A stretch of DNA of 64,000 nt from contig NW_003314269.1 in assembly GCF_000143415.4 (NCBI RefSeq), forward strand, positions 2,115,544 through 2,179,543, given 5' to 3'. Source of the DNA: Selaginella moellendorffii (taxonomy: Eukaryota > Plantae > Lycopodiophyta). Positions 1-14,700 of the stretch are shown piece after piece (positions within the stretch are counted from its first letter, which is position 1; every line of letters starts with the position of its first letter). Position numbers and translations under genes: made by a program. Under the pieces are notes generated by a model. It was not told the origin of the DNA, did no database searches, and saw nothing but the letters and a program-made list of their open reading frames with translations.

Positions 1-1109
1 TTAATTGAATCAAGTCAAGTTATAGTCCACACTTATTTTGGAGCAAATGACATCATGAGGTATATCAGTCTCTTATGTTTTTTGACTTATTGGATCACAT
101 CAAATGATTGTAATGACAACGGTAAATGTATAGTTATCATTTGGTTGCAAAAAAAAAAAAACTTTTTGATCATAGGTTATATTGATAGAAGCAATAGCAA
201 TTGTAAACACATCTAAGTATATTTCTCCATGGTTTGGCTCAATACATTTTTTATAGCCATTTTCATCATTCTTTTTTTCTTGAGTTATTTCAAGTAATGC
301 TCTAGATAATAGGCAACAGTTTTGGGATGGCAATGCTTGCTTATTAGTTTTGCTATAAAGGGTTATCAATAATGAGTTAAGTTTCTTTTGGTTCCAAAAA
401 CTATAGGGTAAATAAATAATGAGAGAATTTTTGAAATGAACAAGGAATAAACTCAGAGAACTTTTGAAATGAACAAAGGCTAATTTCCTAACCTTTAAGG
501 TCTTCTAGCTTTAAATCCCACATGCCAAAGTATATTCTTAGAATTCTCTTGTGGTTCATATCATTCTCCCCTCCTTCATAAATTAGCCACGAATTGCAAG
601 ATCGAGAAGCTAAACAAGACTTATATGAAAGGAGTCTAAGGCAATATGGCCATGGAGAAAATATATGTAAACGACAACACCAACATTGCAATAAACAGCC
701 ACGACAAAAAGAAAGCAATACAACTTTCTTGCATGAGAAACAAAAAAATGAAAGTAAAACAAACAACTCAATCATATAGCAATATAACTATAAACTTTAA
801 TTCTCCTCTTCCTCAACAATGTCATCCAAGTCTTTACAAAAACTTGGAAACACTCTTCACGTCATTCTTGGTTTCTCATGTAGTTTTATCCATAAATAGC
901 CATTCCACTAAACCAACAATTTTTGAGTTGTCTTATAACATGACTTCACCAACCTTTAAGCAAAAATATTTGTTGGACTAGCCTTTTCAATATTGATATC
1001 TAGGACCTAGATGATAGATTGATCCATGACATCTGCTCATATAAAATATTGGATGAATATTTGAACTAACTAGCAAGTCTAAAGTGTATGTAAAATCCCT
1101 TTGTAATCA

Positions 1110-1722
1110 ACTAATTTTTTCATTCTACTTTAGTCACTTAACTGTACTTTTGACCACTTGAAAAAGTCTATCTCACAACCTTGATAAATTTTATTCCCAA
1201 TTTGGGGACTTATTAGCCCCATAATGCCACTTTGCCTTTGCACTTGGTATAAATGCTCCACATGTTTAATCCTACTATAAACACCCAAAGGTACCATTGA
1301 TATATCAGCCAATTACTCTAAGGCTATATCTATTCACTTTTGTCTCATTGGTAATCCAAGACCATCCATACCATAGTCCTGTCTCTTCAAGACTAGACCA
1401 TCATGTCAATGACTAAATTTTCCATTCTTCTTTAGTCACTTAATTACACCTTTAACCACTTGGAGGAGTCTCACTCATAATCTCCATAAGTTATATTCCC
1501 AATTTGGGGATATGCTAGCCCCGTGAATGGCATCTATGCCACTCAGCTTTTGCACTTGATCCAAGTGCTCCACATGTCCAATCCCATGACAGACACCCCA
1601 AAAGTACCATCGACATATCAACTTGTTACAGTAAAGCCATGTCCACTTACCCTTGCCTCATTGGTAGTCCTAGATCACCTGTGCCATAGTCCCATCTTTT
1701 AGAGACTAAGTCATTTGTTCAT
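1110..1722. repeat. Diverged tandem duplication of a ~300-bp unit (about 1110-1410 and 1411-1722), probably within decayed TE sequence
   Basis: Collinear shared blocks in both units: tttagtcacttaa, ttattcccaatttgggga, tttgcacttg, tgctccacatgt, gtaccat, tcattggta, ccatagtcc. Confidence 0.75.
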
Positions 1723-2496
1723 GAGTGGTCCTCCTAAGATCACACCTTAGCATCCTTAGGGTACATGAAGATATAGAGAATAGCCTTTCCCAATATCTCT
1801 TCTTTAGTCCCCACCAAGTTTTTCTCCATTCATGGCCATGTTCACCAACATTGCCACAGGGTTAAGGCCCAAAGGCCCAACCACTAAATCCCATTGACCT
1901 CTGTGACTTCCTTGCCATTTAATTGTATCTTTCATCACTACCCAAAAGAATTGTTCACCTTCCTTTCCACAGTCTGGGGCTTTGGGATGACATTTTGAAA
2001 CATTACAACCCTACACAAGTTTCGTGGGTACTTTCCCCACCTTTAGCCCTTAGATGCCCTAGCTATGTGGCTAAAGCAAGGTTCTGTTGAGCCACACTAG
2101 GTATTCAAGTAGGTAATAGATTGGGAGTATCAACCATTCAATCTCCTGAGGGAACTAGAGCTAGCTCTTGAACATTTCACCAAGATACCTTATTTGTTTG
2201 TCCATATTCACTTTAGTCTTAGAGTCCTTAGTGGTTATATCATCACCCAACACGTGGGTGTTTTTGGGTTATATTGGCCTTTTTTGGCCAAACTAATTCC
2301 ACTTGAGTCTAACCCTTATATATATATGCTCCCTAATCTCAGACTCCTTCTCAAACTTCATCTCGAACTCGATCCTGACACTTCCATATGTCACAACACT
2401 TGTCATTTGTCAATCCTTCTTGTGTCACTTTTTAAAGACTCATCCATTAATCACTTCATGCTCATTCCTCATTACTAACACTTGAATAAGAGGGGC

Positions 2497-3135
2497 TGAT
2501 AAAGGGAATCAGCAATATTGACCTCTTGTCATCGTGACAGTAAGGAAAGAGTGTCCGTAGGGACTAGTCAATAGGTAACTTTCGATACCTGAGGTCACAT
2601 TTGCGACACTCTCCCCCCTTAGAGAAGATCGACATCCTCGTCAATGCATACTCGAGTCTAGAATACCATCAAAAAAATAACTCTAGAAAAAGTTCACGAT
2701 ATTCACACTATGTGAGAAATGCACCAACTTAAATGAGTTAGGAGGCAACCTCTTTGTCTAACGTGGATGCGCTACCCATTCAGACACCTTTCAACCATCG
2801 CCAACAAGGAAATGACCAACGGAGTCAGCCACCCTTGCTGCTCTGGGTGTCACCCAGCTTACAAAAGTGTGATATGCCCCTACCCGCAGGGATATAGAGA
2901 GAGAAGCTAGAGGCCCCAACCCTCATGAGCAAAGAAACCAAACCTGTCGGTAAAGTTTAGATAGACTACTGTAAATAGGCAGTTAGAGTTGTTTATACGG
3001 TCACGCCCTTTTAACGGAATAAAGAACATTGATAGAGAGGCGGGTTATGTGATCAGTTGACAGTAACTACCCCATGACTAAGGATTTCACCATGCACACG
3101 AAGTGCCGAAGCTAGTCTGCCTATACTGGCCCAAA
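2497..3135 (-). mobile_element. Fragment of the same Ty3/gypsy family as 30802-31460 (3' UTR, polypurine tract, start of 3' LTR)
   Basis: Collinear with 30795-31460 (gtcacatttgcgacactctccccc, caccaacttaaatgagtta, agccaccctt, tgccgaag). On the minus strand AAGGGGGGAGAG is followed by TGT at about 2606-2620. Confidence 0.8.
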
Positions 3136-4957
3136 TTCAAAGATCAAAAGATGGACAATATCAAAGTCATAAACAACGATATCTTAGAGACTTAATTATC
3201 AGTGAATAAATCTTAGATAAGAACACAAAAGTATTCCATTGATACTATTTGACTATTAAAGTTAATTAATAGTTATTGATTGACAAGCATAATGCTCGCG
3301 AATGTATCACCCGAAGGAAATAACATCCCAACCTATCAAAACTAACTCGAGCAATAATCAATAGAATAGAATAAATGCAGTAAGACCAACAAACACTCAT
3401 TCATGCCAACCATCATAAAAGTCAATTTGAATAGATTTTGGTCAATAATACTAAGGAACTAAAGTTGCTCAAGCAAGCATTGGCAACATTCTATTGATGT
3501 CTCAAACCCAAAAGATCAATCCAGAACAAATCACAAAGAACATGTAGTATTGCAGAAAGCCAAAAGCTATCAAAGAGAACAATTAACCACCATGAAAGAT
3601 TATCAATCATCCCATCAAAAGAGATATGCAGAATCATCGTCAAAAAAGGAATCCACTATCCTGAAGAACAACAAATCATTCTATATCAACAATAATCAAG
3701 CAAAACCTTTTGATAAGGATAATCAACTATCCTAGATGATAGTCGATCATCACCAATGATTGCTCGATGCAAAAACCAACTTCAACATCAAAGCTAAAAA
3801 GCCAAAATGCTTTCCCCAACAACTTCTAACAAATGAAACAATGAGCATAAAAACTCAAGGAACCAAAAGCTCGAAGAAGTTTATAGCCAAGTCTTGCCTA
3901 ACAATGATCACGAGTTTCGCATGAATCAACTTCAATGCTAAAGAAGAAATCATAGTGCAACCCATAATATCCTCCTCAACATATCCATAACCAAACTTCA
4001 TAATGCAAAGCTAATAAAGAGCATATCTACATCAATCCAAAAGCCAAACACAATGGAGATATATTTAACAAGTTTACACTAAACAATCTTCCATGAATCC
4101 ATCTATAGCAAGACGTAACTCATTTCATAACAAGCATAAGAAGAATCATTCATGATCAATATATCCCAACTTAAATCCAAAAAGGATTCAAACATTCCAA
4201 TATTGATCACTAACCCTTCCACTTATAGAGTTAGCATAGTCTATGACTAAATCACTTTTTAAGGAAAAGCCAAAACTCAACCTCTACTAAACAATCTCGT
4301 CTAGAACACAACTAACTCAACTTGCCACTCAGTTCATTTAAATGTTAATACAGTTGCTAACTAGCAAATGCATAAATGCCAATAACATAAAGCTACAGGT
4401 CAAGCATAAACACTAATTATATTGAGACTAATGAGACTCAATATCAATCCTATGGAGAAACATATCATTTCACTCAAATCTCAACATCAACAATGTCAAC
4501 GACAAAGCATCACTTCAATGCTATCAACACCATAACAAAGCTAGAAGAAAGCAAGAGTGAATTACCATTTAAAGCTCTTTAGCAACTAAGATAGCCAAAG
4601 TCAAAAATACTTTAGTCAGTATCCGAGACTAATTCTTCAACAATACTCAATTATAGATAACACTTCATCAAGGAGTGATTCACCATGTCCAAGACTCAAT
4701 AAAATCCAACACTACGAACTAAGTGCAACCAAATGATACAGATAGAGGTAGAATCAACATACTAACATGGAAAACCATATAAGTCTAATCACACGATCCA
4801 CAACACCATCCAGTAAAGCAAGCCCATCACTGTTGAATCATCATCAAGTGAAGCAAGTGTCACAGTCTTCGACAAAATTTACAAGCAATCACTAGTTGCA
4901 AAGCAACCAACAATCACTTTTCAACTTGCTTTTCACAAGACTTAAACACTAAAGTCA

Positions 4958-5300
4958 TGTCATTGAGTCATTGTAGCGCACTTGAATTTGGAGCCGAACT
5001 CCAAGCCCGTTGTGCTACGAAACGAGGGTCCAATATAATCCCACGAGCACCAACTCCCCATATCCAGCACCTGCATGCAAAATGGTGTCAGACGGAGTCT
5101 GCCACAATTTTGGCATGCTGGTGGCCTAACGCGAGGAGGAGGGTACCCCACCGACTAGAGCAGCGTGGAGCTTGGGCTTAGACCCAAGCCAGATGCAGAA
5201 CAAAGAGCAACACAGCCTAGCAGGAGCCAAACTAATGTCTCAGGTGGTCGGACATGCATTCCAACCCCCTACAACAACAACCCCCCCCCCCCTCCCCTTG
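4958..5300 (-). mobile_element. Probable LTR remnant of another retroelement with adjacent polypurine tract
   Basis: C-run at 5281-5297 reads as a minus-strand PPT followed by TTGTTGTTGT; GC-richer segment inside AT-rich decayed DNA. Boundaries are approximate. Confidence 0.35.
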
Positions 5301-6319
5301 AGGAACACATGCTTTGGGCTTTCACCCCAAGCCTCCCTTAGTACCAGGAGTTAGTCTCTGGGACAAGTCCAAAACGTATTAAATATGGAATGGCGCTAGA
5401 TTGCGAATTTGGACACGGGACAAACACCATTGTGTTCAAACTAATCTCTACATTCTGTAGATATGCCAAATGAGCTAATCTAGACACTTTCCATAAATAA
5501 CACTTGGGACCGAAATGAGACCAATACAAAATGCGTGATAGCGAGGGTGTTTGGTAGACACAGTAAACTATCATCTAGCAAATATTGAGGAACTAGTCTC
5601 AATATCACGGGGGTTCCCAACACTAGCAAGTGCAGGTCAGCATCATGAGTTTCTCGTCACCGTGTCAAGTATGTTTAACTTAATGACAACTTAGGATTTC
5701 CTTCCTTAGTGCCCTTCCGGTCTAAGTGAACATGTGTTGACCAGTTTCTCAACTAGCTTGGGCGGAGACCATAAAGGGGGTGCGGACCATACTTGAGCTC
5801 ACGAGTTGAAGAGTTGAGCTTACGAGTTGAGCTCAATTTTCAATTGTAATTTAGTACAAACATTATAAATTTTAAAATTTTAAGGTTATGGCGAACCTAA
5901 TAATTTAATAACTCTCTATATATTATATAGATAAAAATGTTCTAAAGAACACATTTTGTTCTAATAATTTAAATATTTACTACATGCAATGATAGGGACA
6001 TTTGTTAAAACATAAAATAAAATGTTTGAAAAAAGAGTATTCTTGTCACTTCTTTAAATTTGTACTCTATGCTTTCTGGCTAGTAAATGTTAGGTTTGTC
6101 AAAATTAAAAAATTATTAAATTTGAAATAAGATTCTATGTGAAGCCATTTAACCGTTTGAAAGGAAAAAAAATAACCCTTGATGTAAGTTTATTGCATAT
6201 AAAAAAAAGACTTGGTTCTTTGTAGAATACATTCTTGAGGGGTTTGTCGTAGCATACTGTCTAGAATTTATAGATCTTCATTCACACTCTCATTCGAAAA
6301 AAGGGAAATACACCCACAA

Positions 6320-6772
6320 ATGTCTATGGGTTCTAGTGTTGGTAATTTTAACTCTCACAATCTTTCTTCCCAGAGCTCAAGGGCTAGGAGATGCAATAAC
6401 TATCCCATTGCACAGCATAACCAAATCACACAAGAGAATGAAAAAGAGGATAGTGAGGATAGTGATCATGAGTTGGAGATAAATGCAATGACAGAGGGTG
6501 CAACAAATTGGGTGAAAAAGAATGCCCTTTTACTTGTTTTAGAAAAGTGCAATTCTGCCACTTTCAAGAAGTGCCCCATATGTTTTCTAGCGTCTGGTGG
6601 AAACAATGGCAATGATCAGTATGGTGGTATATATGCTCTTGCGACACACTGCAACATCACGCACCCGAAAAACTACCATGAAATCTTTTTTGAGATGGTA
6701 AAGACAGAAATGGAGACACACGAGTACTATGGGCAGTATTGTGAAAAGAACACTCAGAAGCATATAAAATGA
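6320..6772 (+). CDS. MULE cargo ORF, 150 aa, CxxC...H...H zinc finger resembling zf-XS; paralog of 15658-16203
   Basis: Open ATG-TGA frame; motif CPICF...GGIYALATHC...HEIFFEMVKTEMETHEYY aligns by eye with the 15658 ORF. Confidence 0.6.
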   Translation: MSMGSSVGNFNSHNLSSQSSRARRCNNYPIAQHNQITQENEKEDSEDSDHELEINAMTEGATNWVKKNALLLVLEKCNSATFKKCPICFLASGGNNGNDQYGGIYALATHCNITHPKNYHEIFFEMVKTEMETHEYYGQYCEKNTQKHIK

Positions 6773-6863
6773 AAAGTGAAATGAAAAAGCACATTTGTAT
6801 TAATTATATAAAGTATAATAAGTTTTATTGATAGAGAATAAACATCGATAGTGTTGGAGAAAT

Positions 6864-9800
6864 CTAATTAGCTCCAAAAGTTTTTTGCAACTCAACAATA
6901 GTAAGGCTTGCTTGGTGTATATGAATATCCACTTTAGGATCCTGGTGCAAGATGTTGATGAAGATGTAGTACATATGCTTGCAAGGAACATATGCCTTCC
7001 CATATTCCTCGCGCTTCGTAAAGTCTGGACATGTGCAAGAAGGAAAGTCGTGAATGGCAATTGTGTACTCTCCACCTTCTGTTTTGACTATGTACTCCTT
7101 TGCAAGTGCAGTGATGTACTTCGTGGAGAGAATCTCACACTCAAGTGTTTGAGCCAAGTTTATTTTACCTTGCTTCTGCTTGGAGACGATACCAATAAAT
7201 TTAACTGCCTTACCTTTTCGTGCTGGCCTCCTGTGCATCTCTGTAGGAATAGTCCTGCTCCTATCACTCATGTCTCTAACTCTCCTCTCAAGATTAAAAC
7301 CAGATTTCTCAAGGTTTTCAATCTCATCCGAGGTGAGCGCGACCCCATTAGCAACCGGCCATTCTTTAGGTACTACATTAGGTTTAGTCACTATAGTGTC
7401 TTCAAGCCACTTCGTATGGTTGGCGTCGGTGTTGCAACAATATAGCCAGCACCATCTTGAAAATCCTGCTTGCTTTCGTTCCCCATAGAAACATGGGGTT
7501 GGAACAGAAGCAGATTTTTCACCACGAATCCAGGCCCAACACTTGCCCCTCAGAAGCATCCCCACACACCTTACATTCGATTTTGCTAGCACGCGTCAGA
7601 TTGCCCATTGCTTCGGCTCCACGCTACGGTAAGCAATTTCAACCTGTTGCGATGCACTCTCTTCATCAGCCACTTGAGGTGGCTCAGTCCGAGAGCGGTG
7701 TCTTGGAGCAAAATGGTACTCGACATCAGGCCTGTGAGAGCTTTTTGCTCCAAGGTCCGTACCAACATCTTCCCCAGCAAAGGAAAAACGACGCTTTGAG
7801 CAGACAGTCTTCATATCACCAATAGAAGCTCGGGGAGTGTACTCCATAGATGTGCCATGGACCATTTCCTCAACTACAGTTGCCACTGTTTGGGCGGGTG
7901 GAGTTAATTTTCTCTTTATCCTATCATGTAACATCTCAACAGAAGGCCCTGTTCCCATGTATCTTCCTTCCTCGAATGCTAGTGCTTTTGAAGATTGCTC
8001 TATAGCACGTATCAAATCTGATAGACAGGCTTCGTATAGACTCATCTTCCCTTTCCTTGCCTCAGAGGAACGCCAACTCCAATGCTTACTTTCAGAGAGA
8101 TTCACAGTTGGGGTGTATGCGAGGTCCTCAAGTGGTTGATCCTAATGGAAAAGGCAATATTAAAAGGTACTAAAAGGAGAAGAAAAAATATAAACCAACC
8201 TAAAAAGAGTGATGTCCCCATTGGAACATTCTAACTTCCCACCATCCTAACCATGACTCAAGTTGTGGTAGGCAACTTACGTTTGTATGGCCATCTTCAC
8301 GCCACCACATTCGGATCTCGTTTGCTTTTGCCTCATGTTCTTCTTTAGAAGGTGCAACCTGCCATTGTTTGCACAACTCCTTAAATATTGATTGAAACTC
8401 TAGCTTGATAAGGTGGCAGTGCTGGTTTAGGCTTTGAGCCCAATGAAACTCACAAGTCCTCTCACGACCTTCCAATGGTTGACCATTCCCAAAAACTGCT
8501 CGGATACCATTCCAGTTTGCACTAGCCCCATCTGCCATGAAACCACGAAAGTTTGCAGGCTTACTAGTCCGCTTTAGGACAATATCAGAGAGGGACTTCA
8601 AAAATATTTCCTGTGTTGTCTGGTCTTGTACTTTAAACTCTGCTATCGCAATTGTTAAGTTACAACGTAGCCTATGAAAACATAAATATTATAACAATTT
8701 CAATATAATGAGAATAAAAATTACCTTGGATCATACACATGAGCTCCCATGGTTGTTCAACCGGATACACGCTCCATATGGTCAAAATGTACCCATGCAT
8801 TTGCAAGGTCACTGGACCCAAACATGTCCATTCGGGAGACAAGATCTACGCCAGAGGCAGGGCCCATGGTAGACATTTTGAAGACGAAGGGGTGCTCTTG
8901 CTCATTCACAACTTGGTCTAGAAACAAACTTCTGTGGATGAACTCGTATGGACATGTCCGTTTCAATTCAAGGATGGAGTCAATTTTTGATTGCAACTTC
9001 CCCTCTCGAGATAAGATTTTATCCTAAACAATATAATGTAAGAAAAAATTATTATTATAACGTATGAAAAATAACGGATGTACCTCCTTAGGCTAGTAGC
9101 AAGTTGTACTCCTTGTAGTAAGTCCCGTAAGCTAGCCTTGTTTAGTTGAGTCTTTTGGCAACTTGGATTGAGTAAGGTATTTGCGATAAAATCCTTGAGG
9201 ACAGTCTTCTGAACATACTTCGGAGTTGCAAATGAGTTTCTCATAGTCTCTTCCTGTACAACATCTTTGAAACGGTTGAGAGAACTCCTTTGTATCCCTT
9301 CCTGCATTGGATGCATATGTGTGCCAATATGCACTGCAGCTCTTCCAACCACTCCATCCCGTGGAAGAAAGTAGTACATCTTGGCCTCGCAGATAGCACG
9401 ACATAGAGGAGCATTTTTGCAGAATCGACATTTGAATCCAACAGCAATGGTGTCACAGGCTGGAGGATTGACTGCAGACCCTTCGAAAAATATAGAGTTT
9501 CTAGAGCGGTCTCGATTGCATGCTTCATCCACACAATCTAAATGCCCGCCACAATGAACTATAGACATTGTGCCTTCAAAATGTTGGAAGTGTGTGGTCT
9601 TGATCTTGCACCAATTGTGGACATCTTGCTTGGTTTCCATCCCCTTCCGTTTGGAACCTGTGCTGCTGACAAGAGGTGGTAGCTCGAAGAAAATGTTGCC
9701 GTTGTAGGAGGATGGAAGCTCACTCACAAGCCTATACAAAAACAAGTGCACGTCGATTGAGAGGCGTGAAAACTGGAAAGCATTGCTAACAGCTTTGAAT

Positions 9801-10069
9801 ATTGCTGAAGTTGGAGCTAGAGTTGGTGAATTTGGCGCCGACACTAGCATGACATCTCCACTTGAACTAGAAGAGGACGAAAGGATAACGATTGACTCTT
9901 GCTTCACATTCACTTTCGCTGGAGCGCATTTTGGCATTTTGACTGGAGATCCAAACACTCGAATCTCTTTCGACTTGGAATTTTGTAAATCCCATTGTTG
10001 TCCACCCTCGCCCACACCAGAAAGAAGAAACTCCGAGTATGCAACTATACCGGTGTCGTTGCGGATCAC
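6864..10069 (-). pseudogene. MULE transposase: GCM/WRKY-type N-terminal Zn domain, DDE core, C-terminal SWIM finger; multi-exon and disrupted
   Basis: W..CGGHLDC..C..CRFC..C..HIGTHMHP (GCM-like); VHFDHM, FMADGA, CEFHW, NLSESKH (MULE D, D, CxxH, E); CTCPDF...PCKH (SWIM). In-frame TGA at 8757-8759 and 7596-7598; apparent frame disruption near 9.0-9.1 kb; start uncertain. Confidence 0.85.
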
Positions 10070-11094
10070 AGCCTCTAAAGAAATAGAGCCAAGATGAAGA
10101 TCAAAACGCCGACATAAAAAACTTTCAGAAACAATACTCTAAGAGAATGAAAGAGGTGGGTGATCTCGAAAATGAAGAAGAAACCTCTCCATCCTTCTCA
10201 ATAAGTTTTGGAGTTCTCTCTCTTTATGCTACTTGTAAAAATCTATAGTGAAACATAATTGAAATTTAAATAGAGTAATAAGAAGACAATGTACAAAATG
10301 AATTTAAATTCTATAGCAAATTTAACATGTGTAAGTGTGACAGTATTAATATTACTGTCATCTATTATGATGTCTGATGCATGTATACACATAGATCCAA
10401 GGAAAGATTTTCAGCACATGAAGTTTGATAGTTAATAATGATACTAGTAATGACATTCTGCTATAACGTGTCAAACCAAGAGATCCAATCTAATTATCAG
10501 CACGTGTGATGTGTCAAGTTGTCAAATTTTAAGTGGTAGATGATAATAAATCTTGTCAAATCTTATTCTTCAATAATAGATTTGATTCGTAGTACAACTC
10601 AAGTTTTATCCATAATTGTGAACACTGCTCAATGACATTTAAAGCACATGCCTATTGTTTAGGATCTAATACAGTACAAAATAAATTTCTGGATGAGGAT
10701 TCATCCATTCATAGATGGATATAGTACAACATATTTTAACGTGCCTTATTTATACTCTTTGAAGTTCTTGTAACGATTCCAAAATATGTACAAAATAGTG
10801 ATGAGAATGCATCCTTTCTAGATAATTTGTAAAATATAATATCATATCTCTAATAATAGAAATGTTGATAGGTGCTAGTTATACCATCATTAAAATATAC
10901 AAAATAAAGAAGCATAATTTACATATAATAATAATGATAAGATAAAATAAGATCAAAGATATTGTGATGGTTGAGATTTAGGTTATTTGGAATGAACGGC
11001 CAGGATTAGAGATTGGTTAGGGTTAGGGCAGCCGTCAGGATTAGGGTTAGGGTAGCCGCCAAGATTAGGTTACTGTTCACATCGTGAGTGGAGC

Positions 11095-11269
11095 ACGCAA
11101 GAGATCGAGAGATTGAGCGCGAAGGAGATCGAGGGATTGAGCGCGAAGGAGATCGAGCGATTGAGCGTGCAAGAGATCGAGAGATTGAGCGCACGAGCGG
11201 GAGAGTTTGAGCGCGCAAGAGATCGAGAGATTGAGCGCGCGAGCGGGAGAGTTTGAGCGCGCGAGCGGG
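11095..11269. repeat. GC-rich tandem repeats (GAGATCGAGAGATTGAGCGCGC-like units) running into an assembly gap
   Basis: Repeated ~22-bp units seen directly; preceded by TTAGGG-like motifs at about 11037-11052. Confidence 0.85.
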
Positions 11270-11619
11270 NNNNNNNNNNNNNNNNNNNNNNNNNNNNNNN
11301 NNNNNNNNNNNNNNNNNNNNNNNNNNNNNNNNNNNNNNNNNNNNNNNNNNNNNNNNNNNNNNNNNNNNNNNNNNNNNNNNNNNNNNNNNNNNNNNNNNNN
11401 NNNNNNNNNNNNNNNNNNNNNNNNNNNNNNNNNNNNNNNNNNNNNNNNNNNNNNNNNNNNNNNNNNNNNNNNNNNNNNNNNNNNNNNNNNNNNNNNNNNN
11501 NNNNNNNNNNNNNNNNNNNNNNNNNNNNNNNNNNNNNNNNNNNNNNNNNNNNNNNNNNNNNNNNNNNNNNNNNNNNNNNNNNNNNNNNNNNNNNNNNNNN
11601 NNNNNNNNNNNNNNNNNNN
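11270..11619. other. Assembly gap (350 N)
   Basis: Run of N. Confidence 1.
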
Positions 11620-11737
11620 GGGTAGCCAAAGTGCCCGAGGTGGAGTCTAGGCCCACTTGATTTTTTTTTTCTCTTTGACTGTTTGAATTTCTCATTATCT
11701 TTATTTAGTTTGACTAACAAAACTTTTTCTCTTGCAG

Positions 11738-14700
11738 AAAAGGAAAATTGTAACACAGAAAAAGGTTGTTGGACACGAGAAGTTCAATTTGGCATTAACG
11801 ATGACATCACAATCGACATGTCCATTGGCACAACAGAGACACATTTAGTTAGAGATTCACCACCTCCACCACCATCACCTCCACCATCACCACCGCCACC
11901 ACCGCCATCGCCACCTCCACCACCTCCATCACCACCTCCACCACCTCCACCACCTCCATCGCCACCGCCACCACCACCATTGCCACCACCACTACCACTA
12001 TTGCCTCTGCCCCCGCCGCCACCGCCACCACCACCATTGCCACCACTACTGCCACTATTGCCTCTGCCCCTGCCACCACCGCCACCACCACCAACGCAAA
12101 TCCCTGAAGTTGGGCAATCTAGTGGTGTTCACGATAGGGAACCTGAGGAACAGCCTAGAGCTGAAAGAGTTGCAGACTTTCCTGACAACGTGGTGGACAA
12201 GCGCTTCCAAGAGACTGTTATGCGGACAAGGGAAAAAGTAGTTCACCAAACACTTGAGGCGCTCAAATGGCCAGGCCCTTATGACTTGATTAGAGAAATC
12301 CCCCTTTGCCGTTTGCAGCAGACGAACCTTGTCCGCACAGCATCCAAGTATGTCAACCCGGATATATACAGCTTGTTCAAACAGAATGGCCTTGCAACAA
12401 ATATCGGTATGTTTCTAGTCTCTTTTTGCAAGCTAGGAACAACAGAGATCATTACTGTCACACCCGAGATTGTGAATAGCTGGGATCCTATTTGGAGGAG
12501 GAAGTCCCTAGAATTTGATGACATGCTTATCAGACATCCTGAGACTCGACAGCTTGCGGGGACAATATTCCAAATTATTGACGGTAACCACTGATATGGA
12601 GCTTGAATGAAGTGTATCGACAATCATTTTCGCGATGATCTTGTCTACCATATCAACGTTCCAGTCGGCCATGTCTACGCGAGGGGACCTTTGGATGTCA
12701 ACAGACTTATCTTGGCCTGCCAAAAGATCAATGCGTAAGTTTTATAATTTTACCTCTAACTCCACTTTAACTTGTTTTGTTGTGTTTAAATGTAGGCTTG
12801 GGCAGTTCGCTGTTCAAAAACAAAATCTTGTCCATGACATCGAGCAACTTCAATTTTTGGCAAACTTGAGTGAGGATGACATCCGCCAACATTATGGTGA
12901 TGATCTCGCAACACTTGTTTGGCACTCACGCACTCGAAATGACGGTACAACTTGGTTCAACAACCCAATTAGTTTTATGCTTGCTGTGTGGTGTAAGGTA
13001 TGTCTTTCCCTTTTATTTTATAAAAGCCTCTTTTAATTGTTTTGGATTTTAGCCTTTGGTGAAGGTCAAGCAAGATGCTTACGAACTTGCATATCCGGAG
13101 AAGAGTCAGGAAGAGCTCTCAGCTGAGTTTGTACAAATTGAGCACAAAATTCAGCATGTAAAGTCCTCAAAGTTGAAGAAACTAGTATGCATTGCAAACA
13201 ATCGCAGGCCGAAGGAGTGGCTAGAGACTATAGCCGAAATTTCTTCTCATAAATGTAAGTTTTTTATCACACTTCATTTTTCTTAATTATGCATATGTTA
13301 CTTTTGCAGTGAACAAAACTCCAGATGACATGATTTACAATATCGCAAAATTGAAGCTTCCATAGAAGCAACAGATAGAGACTCTGGAGTTCCTCAATGT
13401 CTGCTTGATGAACAGAGAGAAAGGATTGCCAGAACTATTTGAAAACATGATGAGAAGGGTTGTCTACATCACACAAACTATAAGTGAAGGTGAGAAGTTC
13501 TTGGCACCACACATTGGTGACGATCCAGATGGCACATTCATGTCTTTCGACACCTACATCAACACGTCATTGGAAGGGATTGAAGAGGGGTGGCTGCTAG
13601 AGAAGTCTACAAGCATAACAACTTATGATTGCCAACATGGTCAACCTTATTTCATGTGACGTGCAGCTTATAGGTATAATATGATTTCTAAGACTGTTTT
13701 TTAATATATATTGTTTACAGGTATCTTCGATATAGAGGCATGCCATTTGAGGCACTAGTTTGCACTCGATTTGTTGCAAAGGGTGTAAGAGATGGAGGAA
13801 TGTATCCAACAATGTTTGTGAGAGTTCCAAAGGCATGGAAGATAGAATGCCCTTGGGAGTTGGAGCTCCTAGGGAAGGAGACCTCTACACTAGATCACGA
13901 GGAAATTATCAATGCTAGCAACGATGGCAATGCAAGTGATGATGGAGACGAGGATGAGGAAGCTCTAGATCAAGTTCATGTTCCACCACCAAACAGTCAG
14001 GAACAGGCTCCAATTCAACCATCAAACAACCAAGATCCGGATCAGGTTTTACCAGTAAATAATGATGATCAAGTGGTTCACAGAATATCACGTCGACCTC
14101 GAGGTAAGCAAAAGTGAATTTTACAAATTAAAGGTGGTAATACATGTTTTTTGCAGCAATGACTGTTGGTAGTAATTTCATTCCAGCTCGACGAGATGCT
14201 CGTGAAGAGGAGTTGGAGGAACTCTCATTGACAACACGCCATATGACGGTATCATACTATTTATTACTTTTTTCATTCACTTAGCTCTTTTATAGGTCCG
14301 TCCTGTGTCCCCAATAACACAACGAGGCATTGTGGGTATCTTCATTGGCTCTTACAGTAGATTATTGACATCTTTCACGGAAGACGACATCAACATGGAT
14401 ATACGCCGCCAGTTCAACTGTTGGTGCCGAAAGATACAAAGGCCCGTGCTCCCAGTTGCGGACTTCATTCTCTTCGACTTTCCAGATGGTCTTTCAGATA
14501 TCGATGGGAAAGTTGAGGATTGGAACTTTCTCACACCTGACCACTTGCGCGATGCATTCCTATTGTCCGAAGTACTTATGCTCGAAGCTAGCCATGTCGT
14601 CTTCATCCTACCGAACGACTCCAACTGGATGTATGAGCTTATGACGTGCGCAGCAGAAATTCATTTCAAGTCATTCTCTTCCGGGTGCATTGTGGATCCT

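Noticed and set aside
11006-11756. ORFs of 135-229 aa spanning 11.0-11.7 kb
   Set aside because: Artefacts of reading through the N gap and repeats.
11683-12594. Extensin or formin-like cell-wall gene
   Set aside because: The poly-proline tract is in frame with the ParB-like domain, and no signal peptide or FH2 domain is seen.
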